From the human T2T-CHM13v2.0 reference genome, Homo sapiens, in the NCBI RefSeq assembly GCF_009914755.1, contig NC_060925.1: DNA of 64,000 nt. One strand, 5' to 3'. A program made the position numbers and the translations under genes. Shown piece by piece: positions 14,231 through 34,034 of the stretch. The notes under the pieces are model-generated. The model was not told the DNA's origin and ran no database searches. It saw nothing but the letters and a program-made list of their open reading frames with translations. Within the stretch, counting starts at the first letter, position 1; every line of letters begins with the position of its first letter.

Positions 14231-17200
14231 CGGCTGCTCAAATTTTAAATACTATGGAAAAAGAATAAAATTTATTTTATTTTATTCTTTACCCTTTGTG
14301 GAGAATCTACTATGTTCCAGGCAGTAAGCTGACCATTTTACGTATATAACTTTAACATTTAAAGTAATTTTCCTTTAAGTATTATTATCCCCATTTTACA
14401 GAAGAGGAATGTGAGGCTTAGAGACTCTCTTCCAAAGATGGTTTTCTTTCCATTTATACTTGATCTTTGATATGTATTTTTCTTAATTTCTGAAATTCTC
14501 AGTTTTCTGTTCCAATGTAGCAGAGAGGAATCCTTTACTCTGCTTCATGAGTATCTTGGTTGTACATGAGATGAGCAGATGCAAGGGCCCAGGAATGCGT
14601 GGGCAGTTGCAAGGAAGTGAGAAGTGTCAGGTCTCAGCAGAGGAGCTGGGTGGAGCAGCTGAAACAGGACATGGATGATTAAACTCTGAGGGGGGATGTC
14701 CAGCACTGCCTCATGGTGCCTGGCAGGGCAATGCTACAGCAAAACATGGAGCCTCTGAAACATGAGGTCATGGGGGAACTGGAGCCAGCGCGACCACAGG
14801 GAAAGTCACAGCCCAAGGACTGGGCTTGCTACGTGCAGCAATTATTGACAGGAGGATCTCCCTGCTCTATTCTCTGGAGGAGAACTGGCTGAACTGCAGT
14901 GACAATGTGGGCAAAGTGGTCTCTTGGATTGAGGACTGGGAGAAAGCTGAAGGAAGTGTCCATGTTCTGTGTAGAAAGATTTACTTTGATTCATTCCTTT
15001 CTGGAAACAACTGCAGTTAAGAATGACAATAAATATTTTAGTTATCTATTAATCCTGAGTTCCTTGACCTACTATTTTGCTAACGACATCCTTAATCAAA
15101 TAAAAAGTATGAAGTCAGGAGGCATGGCTCTTTCACCAATTAACTCTGTAATCTTAATGAATTTACTTGAACTCTCTGTGCTTTGTTTTTCCATCTGTAA
15201 AATGGGACAATAACATCTGCTGCATCTACCTAGCTCACTGGGTTATTTTGAGGAGCCAACAGCATGTGAAGGAGCTTTCAAGAACACTTTCCTTGAAAGC
15301 TGGCCTTCCCCTGGCTGTCCCCAACACACACACAGATCCTCAATTAAGAAATAAGACAGCTTGTTGAATAGGCTCTTAAGACACATGCAAAAAAGTTCAA
15401 CACATTCATTTAAGACAAACAAACTAGAATTACCACAGCCTACCATTTTTTAAGAATAAAAGATACACATGCCCATAGCAAGGACTGCTAATTATCTCAA
15501 CATCAGTTCTTCTCTTTTTCCCTAGTAATAGAATTTTTAGCTGAGTCTATGACTGTCCGGCTTAAAGAGTAAACTTTAGGCTCAATGACAGCAGAGACAT
15601 TTGTCTCTTCTGTTTACTCCTCCATTCTTAACGCTTAGAACAGTGCCTCACACATAGTATGTGCTCAATAAATATTTGTTGAATGGTTCCTTTCACATCA
15701 AACTCCTAGCCTAACAAGAACTATAAAAACACCTGTACAGTTCCCTCAGTTCAACAGACACTGGCTATGCATCTCCTCTGTGCCGGTGATCGTGGCACTT
15801 GCTGGAAAGCAACACCTTGTCATTCACATCAAGATGCACCCAGTTTCTCACAGATGGACAGGAAATACAGATGTGTAAATAAATAACTGTAATTTGGTAT
15901 GACATTGTTGACGATGGATATATGACAAGGTCTCCAAGTGCCAGGGAGGAGGGAGTGGCTAGAAAGGTGTGGGAAGGGCCACGAGAGGCTTCTCAAAGGA
16001 TCAGAGGCTTGAATTGGGATTTGAAGATTGAGCAGACATTAAGGGAAGGTAGAAAGAAGAATGTTCCAGAAAAAGGAACAACATATGTGGAGGCAGAAAG
16101 GGATGAAAGAGTCTGATGTGTTTGTGGAACTCCACGTAAATTTGTTGGGCTAGGACTTACAAGCCAAGAGGGCGAGATGGCTGTAAGGTGTTAGGGCTGA
16201 TGCAATTGTCAGGGATAGGGTAGGCACAGGACACAGTGAAGAGGGGTGACCCCCTTTCCTGGGTCCCTAGCATCTTGCCCTCCTTTAAAAAATAAACTGG
16301 TTTATAATTCTCTGAAATCATGTGTTTTTCCAGATTGTGACAGGTATTGCTGTTAGCATGAGCATGCATTTATTCTTTGATTCCTCAGAGGAAATGTTCA
16401 AAATATACATGATGTGCTGGCCTATTTTATTCAGTTCCAATTCCATCCGCAGGTGCAGCTGCCACATAGTCTGGGTTTTCTGCGAAAGGTGTGATTTCTA
16501 ACATTCCCACCCATTTTCTTCATAACTTCATTTGTACCTCCCAGATCATGTGTCCAAAGTAAACACTTAACATGTGCTTGTTGAATGACTAAGTGAACAA
16601 ATAAATGCTTGTATAAATCAATGACACGAACAAAAATAAAGTGGTTATATTTATTAAGGGTCTATTACTTAATGAAAAGCAGCAGCAAATCTGTAATAGA
16701 ACAATATTAGATGCATATAAATCATTTTGATTTTTTTAAAAAGCCATCACACTTTTCTCTGCTACAGTATTTGTTTCCCCATTGAGAAAGCTGGACTAGA
16801 AATGTGAACAAAGAGAAAAAGTATAAATTTACAAACTGAATTCAAAGCTGTTTTCCCACAGAGTATCCCAGAATGACAACTTGGCCCTGACTAAAAAAAA
16901 ATGTCAGCCCAGTCAGTCACTGTTATCCAATACCTGTTGTCTTGGTTCCAGGAACAACACTCCTGGCCATTTCAGGAGGGAGAGATAAATGTTTGCTTTG
17001 AATTTACCTGCTTTGAGAAATTTTCAGTCTGGTCTTCCCATATCACTTCATTTGTGGTTCCTTCACATGGCGGTGGTGGGGGAATGTTGCAGGAGACTAC
17101 AGTTTGGCAGGTGTTAGATACATGTTCATAAACTATACTCACACCCACAGTAAATTGAAGAGTCCCAAGTCATATTTTTGAGGAGTCTTGAGTTATTTTA

Positions 17201-17449
17201 CTTAGTCGTAGTGTCAGGGCAAACAGGAGGCTATTCTGATGGTATTTTTTTTTTTCCATTTCTATTCTGGAAAACTACTGTCAGAGGGAAGGAACACCGT
17301 GTGCTCCTAACATTCCCAGGGTCTGTGTGGCTTTGTCACTTGCTCCTGGGAGAGGAGCATGCATAAATACACAGCATATAGATGTGTTGCTGTTGCCTTT
17401 ACTACTCACTGCTCTTCTGCAGAGAGGGGAGCAGTGAGAGCAAACCTCA

Positions 17450-17680
17450 GCTAAGTGCTCACTCCTGGCCAGGCATTGACCTAGAACTCTAGCAACATCT
17501 CATTTAATCCTCACAGCAACCCTATGATGTAGTATTCTTACTATCTCCATTATACAGAGGAGGAAAATCAGGTCCAGAGGGGTGACACATCATGTCCAAA
17601 GTCTCAGAGGTAGTAAGAATTAGAGCCAGACATAAGTCAGACAGCTGGACTCATGATGTCCCATCTACCACTACTCTAAG
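17450..17680. mobile_element. MIR SINE
   Basis: catctcatttaatcctcacagcaaccctatga...ccattatacagaggaggaaa. Confidence 0.65.
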
Positions 17681-19372
17681 AGGCTTATTTTGAAGCTGTC
17701 CTTTGGAGTGAAGTTTAAAACAGAAGGAAATACTTTTAAAGATAGTAGAGGGTAAATTCTAACTTTGTCTTCAAAGTGCTAGGTATATCAGTAGGCTTCA
17801 CGTTATCAGTAAAACTGCTGCGACCACAGATCATTTAAGTCAGCTTAGAGTCCCCATGGGTCATGAGCCATCTTCATGCCTCAGAAATATAATCAATGAA
17901 GCACTCATAATTTTCAATGATGTCTTAAAGAATGAATGGCACCTAATGATGATTGATTGACTGTCCTCTTTAATATTGCTCAAAACTTTCAGTCAAGTTG
18001 TTTATCTGGTCTCTGACAGATAGGTTTAAGAATCTTTGCTCTTGCTGTGAATAGAGTTATCAGTTGAAAGGATGCCTGATGCACTAGCTTTTTAAAAGCT
18101 TGCTCCAGATTTCATCTGGTGACTTTGGAAGGTAGGACACGGATACTGGGCTCTAGACTTCCAAGGTGCTCAAGCCTTCCCCAACCTCCCCAAATGGGTA
18201 AAATCCCCCAGTTATATGGTTTTTGGGATCATGTATCTCTTCTTTCTAGTACTTATCAGAGTTGTAATTCTACATTTATTTCTATGGTACTCAATAATGT
18301 ATTTCTCCTCTAATGGTTTATAAGCTCCATGAGGGCAGGGATATGTCTGTCTTTGCTCATCACTGTATCCTCAAGCCCAGGACAGTGCCTGGCATCAGCA
18401 CTGGGTAAAGGGTTGCTAAATGAATAACTAGATGCAAAAATGCCATCCTCACTTTTTACAAGAAAACTCTAAATATTTAAAACATGTATTTTTCACCAGT
18501 AAAAATGAAATACACAATCAGATAAAGAAGACAAAATGACTTTTGGGGTACTTCCTCTCTCTTTCATAATCCATATCTGGAAAGTTTGACTTTCATGTGG
18601 GCTCTGGAAACAGGAAGGAATCAGATGCTGTTTGGTATTAAGCTGCTGAAGGCTCCAGGGGAGCCCAGTAACTTATCTAAGAGGAAGTGGGGAATGCAAT
18701 CAGTTGCTTTGAAGGCAGCACCCAGGAAATATCTGGCCAGGACAGAGGTTCAAGCAAATATAATTGTGGTAGATGGTAAATATGGCAACAGGTGAGTAAT
18801 TCTTTCTGGCTTTCATTGGGGTGTGTCTTTTAAGCCAAATTAGAAATCCAGCAAGAGGATTTGGTATGCACCATTATAAACAGAGTCCAGCTCCAGCCAA
18901 TGCAGGGAGAAGGCTGCAACCTCCCTTTCAGACCCAAAAAAGGACCCAATGACTCCCTGAGGAACAAGTAGACCAAAGGGCAGCTCTGAACACCCTTCCT
19001 TCCCCAGCCCCAGGTCAGGCCATGTCTAAGGCATACTTTAGTCTCTAGCTGCCACCATGTTCTTTTGGAGGTGCCATGTGAAGGAAGCCAACAATGTCCA
19101 ACATTCAAAGTTCATGTCCCCAGAATTTCCTAATTTTTCAATTGCCTCTGTAAATTATTTCAGAACATGTCGCTGTTAAAATTCTTATTCCCACATCCTG
19201 ATGTTTAGAGAGGGAATTAGGCATTACCAGAGCTAGATTTGAACTCACTGACCCAAGTTTCTTCAGCAGAGGATCCAAAAGGAACCAAAACTTTCATCAG
19301 GACTGTTATGTGTATGAAGACAGAAGAGAAGCCTTTTGGTACAAGGTAGCACTCAAGACAAGGATTCAGTAA

Positions 19373-19704
<332 letters not shown>

Positions 19705-19789
19705 TCTCCTTTAAGTCTTACAACATCCTAGGAAGTAGGTATTCTCCGTATCTTATGGATGAGAAAATAGTTACAAAGCTAGTAAGTAA

Positions 19790-20120
<331 letters not shown>

Positions 20121-22639
20121 TTAACCTGCAAATTAAAGGTGAATTTTCAAAAGCAAGGAATGAAGAGATTTCTTTTTGGTAAGGTCTTATGGGGAGTAAT
20201 AACAAAATACCTGGCATAAAATCAAGGATCCTATATCTAGTCAGATTTTTTAAAAATAGAAAATAAAGCCAAATGTATTTGACTATACTGCCTATAGATA
20301 AATTAGATTTTATCCAGAAGGCGGTATGGTGAAGTGACTTTTGAAACCCTTCAGCTATTTAATCCTGGCTAAATTACTTAACATCTCTATAAGCCTTAGT
20401 TTCCACATTTGCATTGTTGTAAAGACTAAGAAATCACCTATGAAAAGAATAAACATTAGAAAAAAAACAAAGAGAAGAAAAACAATAACATGAATACATA
20501 TCAATAGTCATTTCTGAATACATAAAATTTCCAAACTTGTAGCAAGAAAATTGCAAATGTAAGTACTTCATCAGTGAAAGAAATAAGTGCTATAATCCAA
20601 TAAAAGGCATTTGGCCCTGATTGAGAGAAAAAAATCTCCCAAACAACCAAACATTTTTAAAAAATCTAACCACTGGCAAAAGTGATTTTTGAACTCCAAA
20701 CCTATAATGAACAGTTCAAAACACATATAGTCATGTCTGAACATAGATGAACAAAAATCTTAAAACCTTAGCAAAGTGGAATACAACAAACGTGTCAAAC
20801 TCAGTAAAATAAACATCCTCTTGAGTGAGCAGTGGCTGGAGGGAGAGGAACAGGAGAAATCCCTAGGCAGCTTCCAGAGAGTTCTTCAAGCAGGACATTC
20901 TGCCAGTGGAGGCGCAGCCTCCGGAAGCCAGAGCCACGTCAGGCTAGCAAGCGCTCAAGGGCTTCTTGTATACTACCTTGTATGTTTGCTTCCAGCGGGT
21001 GTGTATTTTTTTTTTCTTTTTTTGGTTTGACTATTTGTTTTTCTAAGGAAACCTTTGGTTTTTCTTCACATTTTTTTCCCTTTAATATCCCAATTTACTT
21101 AAAATATTCCAATTACCTTAATACATGTAAGTTTATTGTCTTTCTTTATCCCTTTAATTGCACTTTTATGGGGTATTCTAATTTGTCATCTTATCCTATT
21201 CTCCTTTTGAATCTTACATTTTACTTTAAAAATTACGTATACCCCATTTTATTATTATATTTTTACTCCTTTTTACTCCTTATTTATTGTCCTTATATTC
21301 AATCTCAACTGTAATACGTGTTTTTAACTTTTCAATCTTATTGAGCTCTGTTCTTTTAAACTCTTTTACCTGAATTATCTAAGTAAACGAATCTTGTGTT
21401 TCTTGTATTTTAAATCTTATAGTATTCTTTTCTAGTCTTGTCCCAACTGGTTTGACCTCCAATGCCTTGTACGCTGCCAGGCCCATGAAAGACAGGCCAT
21501 AAATGTTAGGAAATAAACAGCTCTGCACTGGACCACAGCTGGCCCGCATGCTGGGGAGGAGGCGCACAGGCTTCTCCCACCCCTTCCCTGCACCTCTGAT
21601 AAACCCTCAGGGAAATCACCCTGTGATCCCTTCAGGCTAACAGAAGAAAATCTATATGAAAAAGAGAAGGCAGAAAGCTGAAGTGATAATGTTTAGAATC
21701 CTTAGAAGCTGGAATTCCCATCTAAAGACAAGGCGATTTAAAGGTGTAGACAGTGATTGGGCTTCAGTGCTGAACAAAGACATCTAAAAATCAGGACTGA
21801 TAAGACAAAATGGACAGAAAACTCCATGAAGATGCAATAAGGAGACCTAGCTCAAAACATTTTTTGGACTCTGGAGCTCTGAAAAGGGGTATTTTCTGCC
21901 AAGTTATCTATCCTCAGACAAAAGTAAATGTTTTGACATTCCTGCAGGCTCTGTTAAGTTCCCCACCTCATGAACAAAGGCCTGCCTAGAGGTGAGGACC
22001 TGTCAGCTGACACTGCTTATCTGCCTTAAAACCTCAGTGCAGTGGCCTTCTCTAAACACAGGGCAAGGGTGCTAACTGGAGAAGCCTGCAGTTCTCTCTC
22101 AAGTGAGAAATACCTACTGACAGAAACTGAAGGTCTGGACATACAGCAGGTGTCCAAGACTCTAAGAAAGTAAATACTACATGGGTTGAGGAAATGACCT
22201 ATTATAAATGGGGTGAATATGCACCCAGAGGGCACTGCCACTCAGGCAATCAAAATATTAACTACTTAGGCTTTTTTACATTTTTGAGCTTATCGAAAGA
22301 ATTTTGATGGTATAGTGCCTGAGTCAGGAAGGGGGTCAATACACATGAGGTGAATGAGTGAATGGACAAATGAATAAATGAATAAACAAATTCATGGCGT
22401 GGATCAGGGGCAGGCAGTGTAAAAAGCTCTATAGAACAAGAGGCTTAAGGTCTGGCCACAAGCCCACCATCAACCTAGCATGGAATTTCAAGTAAATCAA
22501 TTTACTTCTCAAGTTCATTTTCTGTAGAAAAAAACCACATTTTGCTTAACGGAGTTGTTGTGAAGATAAACATAAAATAAAAAAGATTCCCCCCACAGTA
22601 TTCTGTATAGTAAGACATTATAAATTGTTATATGTCTTA

Positions 22640-27742
<5,103 letters not shown>

Positions 27743-27781
27743 TCATTAGTTGATGCAGTTTCTTCCTAGTCTCGATGGTCT

Positions 27782-28798
27782 TTACATTTTGGCATGATTT
27801 TGCAGCGGCTGGTACCGGTTGTTCCTTTCCATGTTTAGCGCTTCCTTCAGGAGCTCTTTTAGGGCAGGCCTGGTGGTGACAAAATCTCTCAGCATTTGCT
27901 TGTCTATAAAGTATTTTATTTCTCCTTCACTTATGAAGCTTCGTTTGGCTGGATATGAAATTCTGGGTTGAAAATTCTTTTCTTTAAGAATGTTGAATAT
28001 TGGCCCCCACTCTCTTCTGGCTTGTAGGGTTTCTGCCGAGAGATCCGCTGTTAGTCTGATGGGCTTTCCTTTGAGGGTAACCCGACCTTTCTCTCTGGCT
28101 GCCCTTAACATTTTTTCCTTCATTTCAACTTTGGTGAATCTGACAATTATGTGTCTTGGAGTTGCTCTTCTCGAGGAGTATCTTTGTGGCGTTCTCTGTA
28201 TTTCCTGAATCTGAACGTTGGCCTGCCTTGCTAGATTGGGGAAGTTCTCCTGGATAATATCCTGCAGAGTGTTTTCCAGCTTGGTTCCATGCTCCACATC
28301 ACTTTCAGGTACACCAATCAGACGTAGATTTGGTCTTTTCACATAGTCCCATATTTCTTGGAGGCTTTGCTCATTTCTTTTTATTCTTTTTTCTCTAAAC
28401 TTCCCTTCTCGCTTCATTTCATTCATTTCATCTTCCATTGCTGATACCCTTTCTTCCAGTTGATCGCATCGGCTCCTGAGGCTTCTGCATTCTTCACGTA
28501 GTTCTCGAGCCTTGGTTTTCAGCTCCATCAGCTCCTTTAAGCACTTCTCTGTATTGGTTATTCTAGTTATACATTCGTCTAAATTTTCTTCAAAGTTTTC
28601 AACTTCTTTGCCTTTGGTTTGAATGTCCTCCCGTAGCTCAGAGTAATTTGATCGTCTGAAGCCTTCTTCTCTCAGCTCGTCAAAATCATTCTCCATCCAG
28701 CTTTGTTCTGTTGCTGGTGAGGAACTGTGTTCCTTTGGAGGAGGAGAGGCGCTCTGCGTTTTAGAGTTTCCAGTTTTTCTGTTCTGTTTTTTCCCCAT
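27782..28798 (-). CDS. L1 ORF1p (338 aa RNA-binding protein: coiled coil, RRM, CTD)
   Basis: Full-length MGKKQNRKTG...QNHAKM; REKG and ARR motifs intact; YPAKLS motif reads YPAKRS. Confidence 0.95.
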   Translation of the reverse strand: MGKKQNRKTGNSKTQSASPPPKEHSSSPATEQSWMENDFDELREEGFRRSNYSELREDIQTKGKEVENFEENLDECITRITNTEKCLKELMELKTKARELREECRSLRSRCDQLEERVSAMEDEMNEMKREGKFREKRIKRNEQSLQEIWDYVKRPNLRLIGVPESDVEHGTKLENTLQDIIQENFPNLARQANVQIQEIQRTPQRYSSRRATPRHIIVRFTKVEMKEKMLRAAREKGRVTLKGKPIRLTADLSAETLQARREWGPIFNILKEKNFQPRISYPAKRSFISEGEIKYFIDKQMLRDFVTTRPALKELLKEALNMERNNRYQPLQNHAKM

Positions 28799-29703
28799 CT
28801 TTGTGGTTTTATCTACTTTTGGTCTTTGATGATGGTGATGTACAGATGGGTTTTCGGTGTAGATGTCCTTTCTGGTTGTTAGTTTTCCTTCTAACAGACA
28901 GGACCCTCAGCTGCAGGTCTGTTGGAATACCCTGCCGTGTGAGGTATCAGTGTGCCCCTGCTGGGGGGTGCCTCCCAGTTAGGCTGCTCGGGGGTCAGGG
29001 GTCAGGGACCCACTTGAGGAGGCAGTCTGCCCGTTCTCAGATCTCCAGCTGCGTGCTGGGAGAACCACTGCTCTCTTCAAAGCTGTCAGACAGGGACACT
29101 TAAGTCTGCAGAGGTTACTGCTGTCTTTTTGTTTGTCTGTGCCCTGCCCCCAGAGGTGGAGCCTACAGAGGCAGGCAGGCCTCCTTGAGCTGTGGTGGGC
29201 TCCACCCAGTTCGAGCTTCCCGGCTGCTTTGTTTACCTAAGCAAGCCTGGGCAATGGCGGGCGCCCCTCCCCCAGCCTCGTTGCCGCCTTGCAGTTTGAT
29301 CTCAGACTGCTGTGCTAGCAATCAGCGAGATTCCGTGGGCGTAGGACCCTCTGAGCCAGGTGTGGGATATAGTCTCGTGGTGCGCCGTTTCTTAAGCCGG
29401 TCTGAAAAGCGCAATATTCGGGTGGGAGTGACCCGATTTTCCAGGTGCGTCCGTCACCCCTTTCTTTGACTCGGAAAGGGAACTCCCTGACCCCTTGCGC
29501 CTCCCAGGTGAGGCAATGCCTCGCCCTGCTTTGGCTCGTGCACAGTGCGCACACACACTGGCCTGCGCCCACTGTCTGGCACTCCCTAGTGAGATGAACC
29601 CGGTACCTCAGATGGAAATGCAGAAATCACCCATCTTCTGCGGCGCTCACGCTGGGAGCTGTAGACGGAGCTGTTCCTATTCGGCCATCTTGGCTCCTCC
29701 CCC
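28799..29703 (-). promoter_or_regulatory. L1 5'UTR: internal sense promoter (YY1 site CAAGATGGC) and antisense promoter; CpG-rich
   Basis: Complete 5'UTR with many retained CpGs in an otherwise CpG-poor window. Confidence 0.9.
29254..29469 (+). CDS. L1 antisense ORF0 (71 aa)
   Basis: ATG at 29254; MAGAPPPASLPPCSLISDCC...RCVRHPFL is open; internal donors CAG|GTGTGG (29360) and CAG|GTGCGT (29445). Confidence 0.85.
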   Translation: MAGAPPPASLPPCSLISDCCASNQRDSVGVGPSEPGVGYSLVVRRFLSRSEKRNIRVGVTRFSRCVRHPFL

Positions 29704-29717
29704 GATTTTGTAATCCC
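29704..29717 (+). repeat. Target-site duplication, right copy (GATTTTGTAATCCC)
   Basis: Identical to 25905-25918. Confidence 0.93.
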
Positions 29718-29923
29718 TTAAATTGCACAGTATTGTTCTCATTTTATAAAGTCAATTAATTTAAGATCCACCCACGTGTTTAACATTTTCTTTGTTCATC
29801 ATAGATTTCTGCATCTTAAGTCTTTATTATTTACCTTTTCCCTGAAGTACATGGATTTAGGTGATTCTTTACCTACTAGTAAATTATCTCAATTTTTGTT
29901 TATCTGAAAATGTCTCCAATTGA

Positions 29924-30297
<374 letters not shown>

Positions 30298-32072
30298 TAT
30301 TTCAGTCCTTTAAAGATGTTATTCTGGCTTTGATATTTGCTCTTGAAAAGTCTCCTGTACTATGTTGTTCTTTTTTGGTAATCTATCCTTTCTCTCTGCT
30401 GTTTTAAAGGTCTTCTACTTTTTTAAAAAAAATAAAATAAATATTTTTCAGCTTAACTATGATGCATCAAGATGTGGCTTTCTTTTTATTTATTCTGCTT
30501 GAGATTCATTGGAATCTGGATCTGAAGATTGGTATCTTTTATAGATTTTGGGAAATTCTTACCCATATTATGTCCAAGTACTGTCTATCCCTCAATCTTT
30601 TAAAAATATACTTCTGGAATTCCAACAAGCATATATTAAAGCTTCTCATGTTTTCTTCCATATGTCTAAACCTCTCTTTCATAGTTTCCATCTTTTTGAC
30701 TTTATATACTGCATGCAGTATAATTTTTTAACTCTATTTTCCAGTTTGTTACTTTGTTCTTATGATGTACTTAAAGCATCATTTTCTTTCATTTCTAGAG
30801 ATGACTTATATATCCCAATTTCACATTTTCATATATGCAGATAATCAAATTTTCCCCAGCACATTCGTGTCACACCAAGTTAATTTACATATTTATTGAA
30901 CTATTATTCTGGGTCTCTTGATTATTAGGAAAGTCAGTTGAAATCACATAGAAATATAACATCCCATGAAATGCCCTGCTTCCTGCTTCTTACTCCCTGA
31001 ATCTCATAGTCATTATAATCTGCAGGTAAAGTTGCAAGGCCAAATCCTTAGGTGTAGTTGGGAATATCCCACAGGTCTAAAAGTCTGGGCCTAATGCTTC
31101 TCTGGCAGAAATTTTCATTGCTTTATAAGGTTCTTCCAAGTACAGCCTTTGAATGACAAAGTTTAAACCCTCTAGCTATGCCACCCCTTGCTCCTATTTT
31201 ATCTTCCTCACACCATTTTGAAGATTATGATTTTTCCATTTTGCTGCTACTGAAAGCAAACACTAGACTAGTGGAAGTTTGGGTTGGGAGCCAGCCCAGT
31301 GCTCACTGTACATCCATCCTGGGCTCCTATCTAGCCTGTTCCACAGGCTGTGCTTCTATCACCAGCAGGATTTGAGGGCCTGGGCCCAACAATAAACGAA
31401 GTCCACTTGGCCTGGAGAGGACTACTGCTGTCAGGTGACAGCTGCCCCTGGCTGGGAGAAGAAACCTGGGCTAGACTCCATGCCAGGAAATAAACTCATG
31501 GCCATCTGCATTCCCTTTCATGACTCAGCCGTTCTTTATGAAAGGATTTACTGTGTGAGGAGTAGGAGGCTAGAAGATCTGAAAGAAGAAACAGCAAAGG
31601 GGATTACTAAGCCATTGAAACAAAGATGAAAAAATAGCTTTCCCTAGGCAGGCTGCTGCTTTGTAGCGACAGGAAGAGAATTTTCCACTTAAAGAATAAT
31701 TATTATAGAGAAAGTTAATCTTTGTATACACAATTCAGATACCACAAAAATAAAATAGGACCAAATAACCTTATTGGGATCTCAGAGATAAGCAGTAATA
31801 TTTTGGCTGATAAATGCTGAGTTTATAACTTAGTCCTATTCTAGTTTGGTACAGTGAAAAAAGGACTTAGGTCTGGATTCTTATTCCATGCTTTCTGTCT
31901 TTCTATCTTGATGCCATTGTTATTTTGGATTTTTCATCACTCTCAGCCAAAATAATCTTGATGCAAAAGACTGGGCTTAATATCTACCAGAATTTAAAAT
32001 TCACATTTTTTTAACCCAGCAATACCACTTATAAGATTATATCCTATAAATATACTGGAATAGCATTAAAAT

Positions 32073-32187
32073 ATATAATAAAAATATCAAAAGACTGTGA
32101 TATCAAAAGAATGGAAACAAACTAAATAAAGATATAATAAAAATATCAAAATACTGTGCTATCAAAAGAATGGAAACAAACTAAATA
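32073..32187 (+). repeat. Tandem duplication, period 59 bp, two copies
   Basis: atataataaaaatatcaaaa(g/t)actgtg(a/c)tatcaaaagaatggaaacaaactaaata at 32073 and 32132. Confidence 0.9.
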
Positions 32188-32309
32188 TTCAACAGTAGGT
32201 GACTGGTTGTGAAAATGATGTATACATTATTATGTAGCCATAAAGAGTCTCAGAGATCTATATGGAATAATCTCCACATTTCAGGGGGAAAGATCATATA
32301 TTGAACTTT

Positions 32310-32862
32310 CCAAATACAACTGCAACAATATCTCTCATCTCATGATGTGACTTTGACATTCCTCCTATCAAAAGATAGGGTTTAGGTCCCCTCCTCTTAA
32401 ATCTGGGAAGCAGAAGTGACACTGTCTGACTTCCAAGGCTAAGTCAGAAAAGGCAAGGCAGCTTTCTCTGTGTTGGCCAAAAAGACTCATGACTGGAGTC
32501 CAAAGTCACTGTGTAAGAGGCTGCCATGCTGTGAGGAAGCCAAACCACATGGAGAGACCATGTGCTCTACTACCGAGTAGATGATCTACTACCGATAGAT
32601 GCTCTGCTCAATAGTCCTTGTCTTCAAATCCGTCCAGTCCAGGGACCAGTCATGGGAGTGATGAGCCTTCAGATGGCTGCAGCCTCCCAGCCTTCCAGTC
32701 TTTTGAGCCAAGGTTGCAGATATCATGGAACCTATAAGGTTCCAGGGAAAAGTCACCCCTGCTGTGCCCTTTATGAATTTCCAAATCACAGAATTGATGA
32801 TTGTGGTAAAACAGTTGTGCTTTTTTGATACTAAGTTTGAGGTGGCTTCTTGCACAGATAGT
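32310..32862 (+). mobile_element. MLT1-family MaLR LTR
   Basis: cagaagtgacactgtctgacttccaaggct, gccatgctgtgaggaagcc, ctaagtttgaggtggcttct. Subfamily not resolved. Confidence 0.75.
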
Positions 32863-33965
32863 ATGTTTTTAAAGAGTTATTCTTCACTGTTTGCTTTTTC
32901 ATACCATTTCAATTTTTCTATTACCATGTACATACATTATTACATTTTCCAAGTCTATATAAAATAAGGACATTTGCTAGGAAACTATGATGCCAGAGAC
33001 AAGCAGGTCTGCCGGCTTCCACTAGTAACACGACTCTGAAAGCCCAAATCCCCACTGAGCACATGTGAAAAAGTCCAAAGAAGACGAAGAGGATATTCCA
33101 GGCTTTTTAGTTTTTAAAATCAGATATCATACTCCCACAACTATAGTATGTCAACATGATACAAACCTTATCAGTATTTTTTTCACAACAAATTATTAAT
33201 TGAAAAAGAAAACCACCACCATGCAGGATCTAAAACGGCATTATTTTTTTAATCATAGATTAAGGTGCAGGTTGAATATAACCTTCACTTCACATCTTCC
33301 AAATAGTAAGCTAGCTACGGTCTTAAAATCCATGTCTAGTTTATCCAAAGAAGGCTTTGGGAGGCTAAATGAGAACCTAAGATGTAAAAGGTTGTCACTC
33401 TTCCCTAACCATGGCAAGGTGCAAGAAAGCAGCACAACTTTGGAATTCATAGAGGTGTCCTGAAGTCTGGTAATAATAGGAAAAAAACCCATAACTACCC
33501 ACTTTGCAAAACTTTGAAGTTAATAGAAAAAGTAGGAGGTAACCAGTAACACAAAGGATTTATTCCAAATAATATCAGAAATATGCAAAGAATAACAAAG
33601 CAGAGTGATCTACATCTTTAACTGTGTTCTACAACATTTTTAGGTATTTTTAAGTTTCTCTATTTCATTTAATTTTAAACAACTCTTTTAGGAGGAGATG
33701 TAACCAGAGGCAACTACTTCTCTATAAAAATCACTCAGCAACTATATAGTATACATGATACAGAATTTTCTATTTCCATAATCTCTAAACTGGCACTGTA
33801 GATGATTTACAAACATCCTGAGGGACAATGGCCCTTGGTAGACACCATAGAGAACATTAATGTTCTGGTAATTTTGTAGAAAAATTATTCTAGTCTGCTG
33901 TACTGCAAAACAGTCTCACTACAGAGCCACAGGGAGCCACTGCACAGGACAAGAGGAGGGGGAGA

Positions 33966-34034
33966 TGGGAGTCACAGAGAGCACAGGGAGTCACAGAGAG
34001 TCACAGAGCAGGGGGACGTGGGAGTCACAGAGAG
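33966..34034 (+). repeat. Short degenerate minisatellite (gggagtcacagaga units)
   Basis: Four GAGTCACAG units within about 70 bp. Confidence 0.7.

Noticed and set aside
18789-18797. Perfect donor CAG|GTGAGT
   Set aside because: No convincing acceptor at exon distance upstream; an isolated consensus match is uninformative.
20832-21314. 160-aa hydrophobic ORF
   Set aside because: Produced by T-rich low-complexity DNA (F/L/Y/I codons) with a non-ATG start.
20901-22235. CTCF-like words (ccagtggaggcgc at about 20903; cacccagagggcac at 22222)
   Set aside because: Mismatches or wrong spacing in the core; such partial matches are expected by chance in 64 kb.
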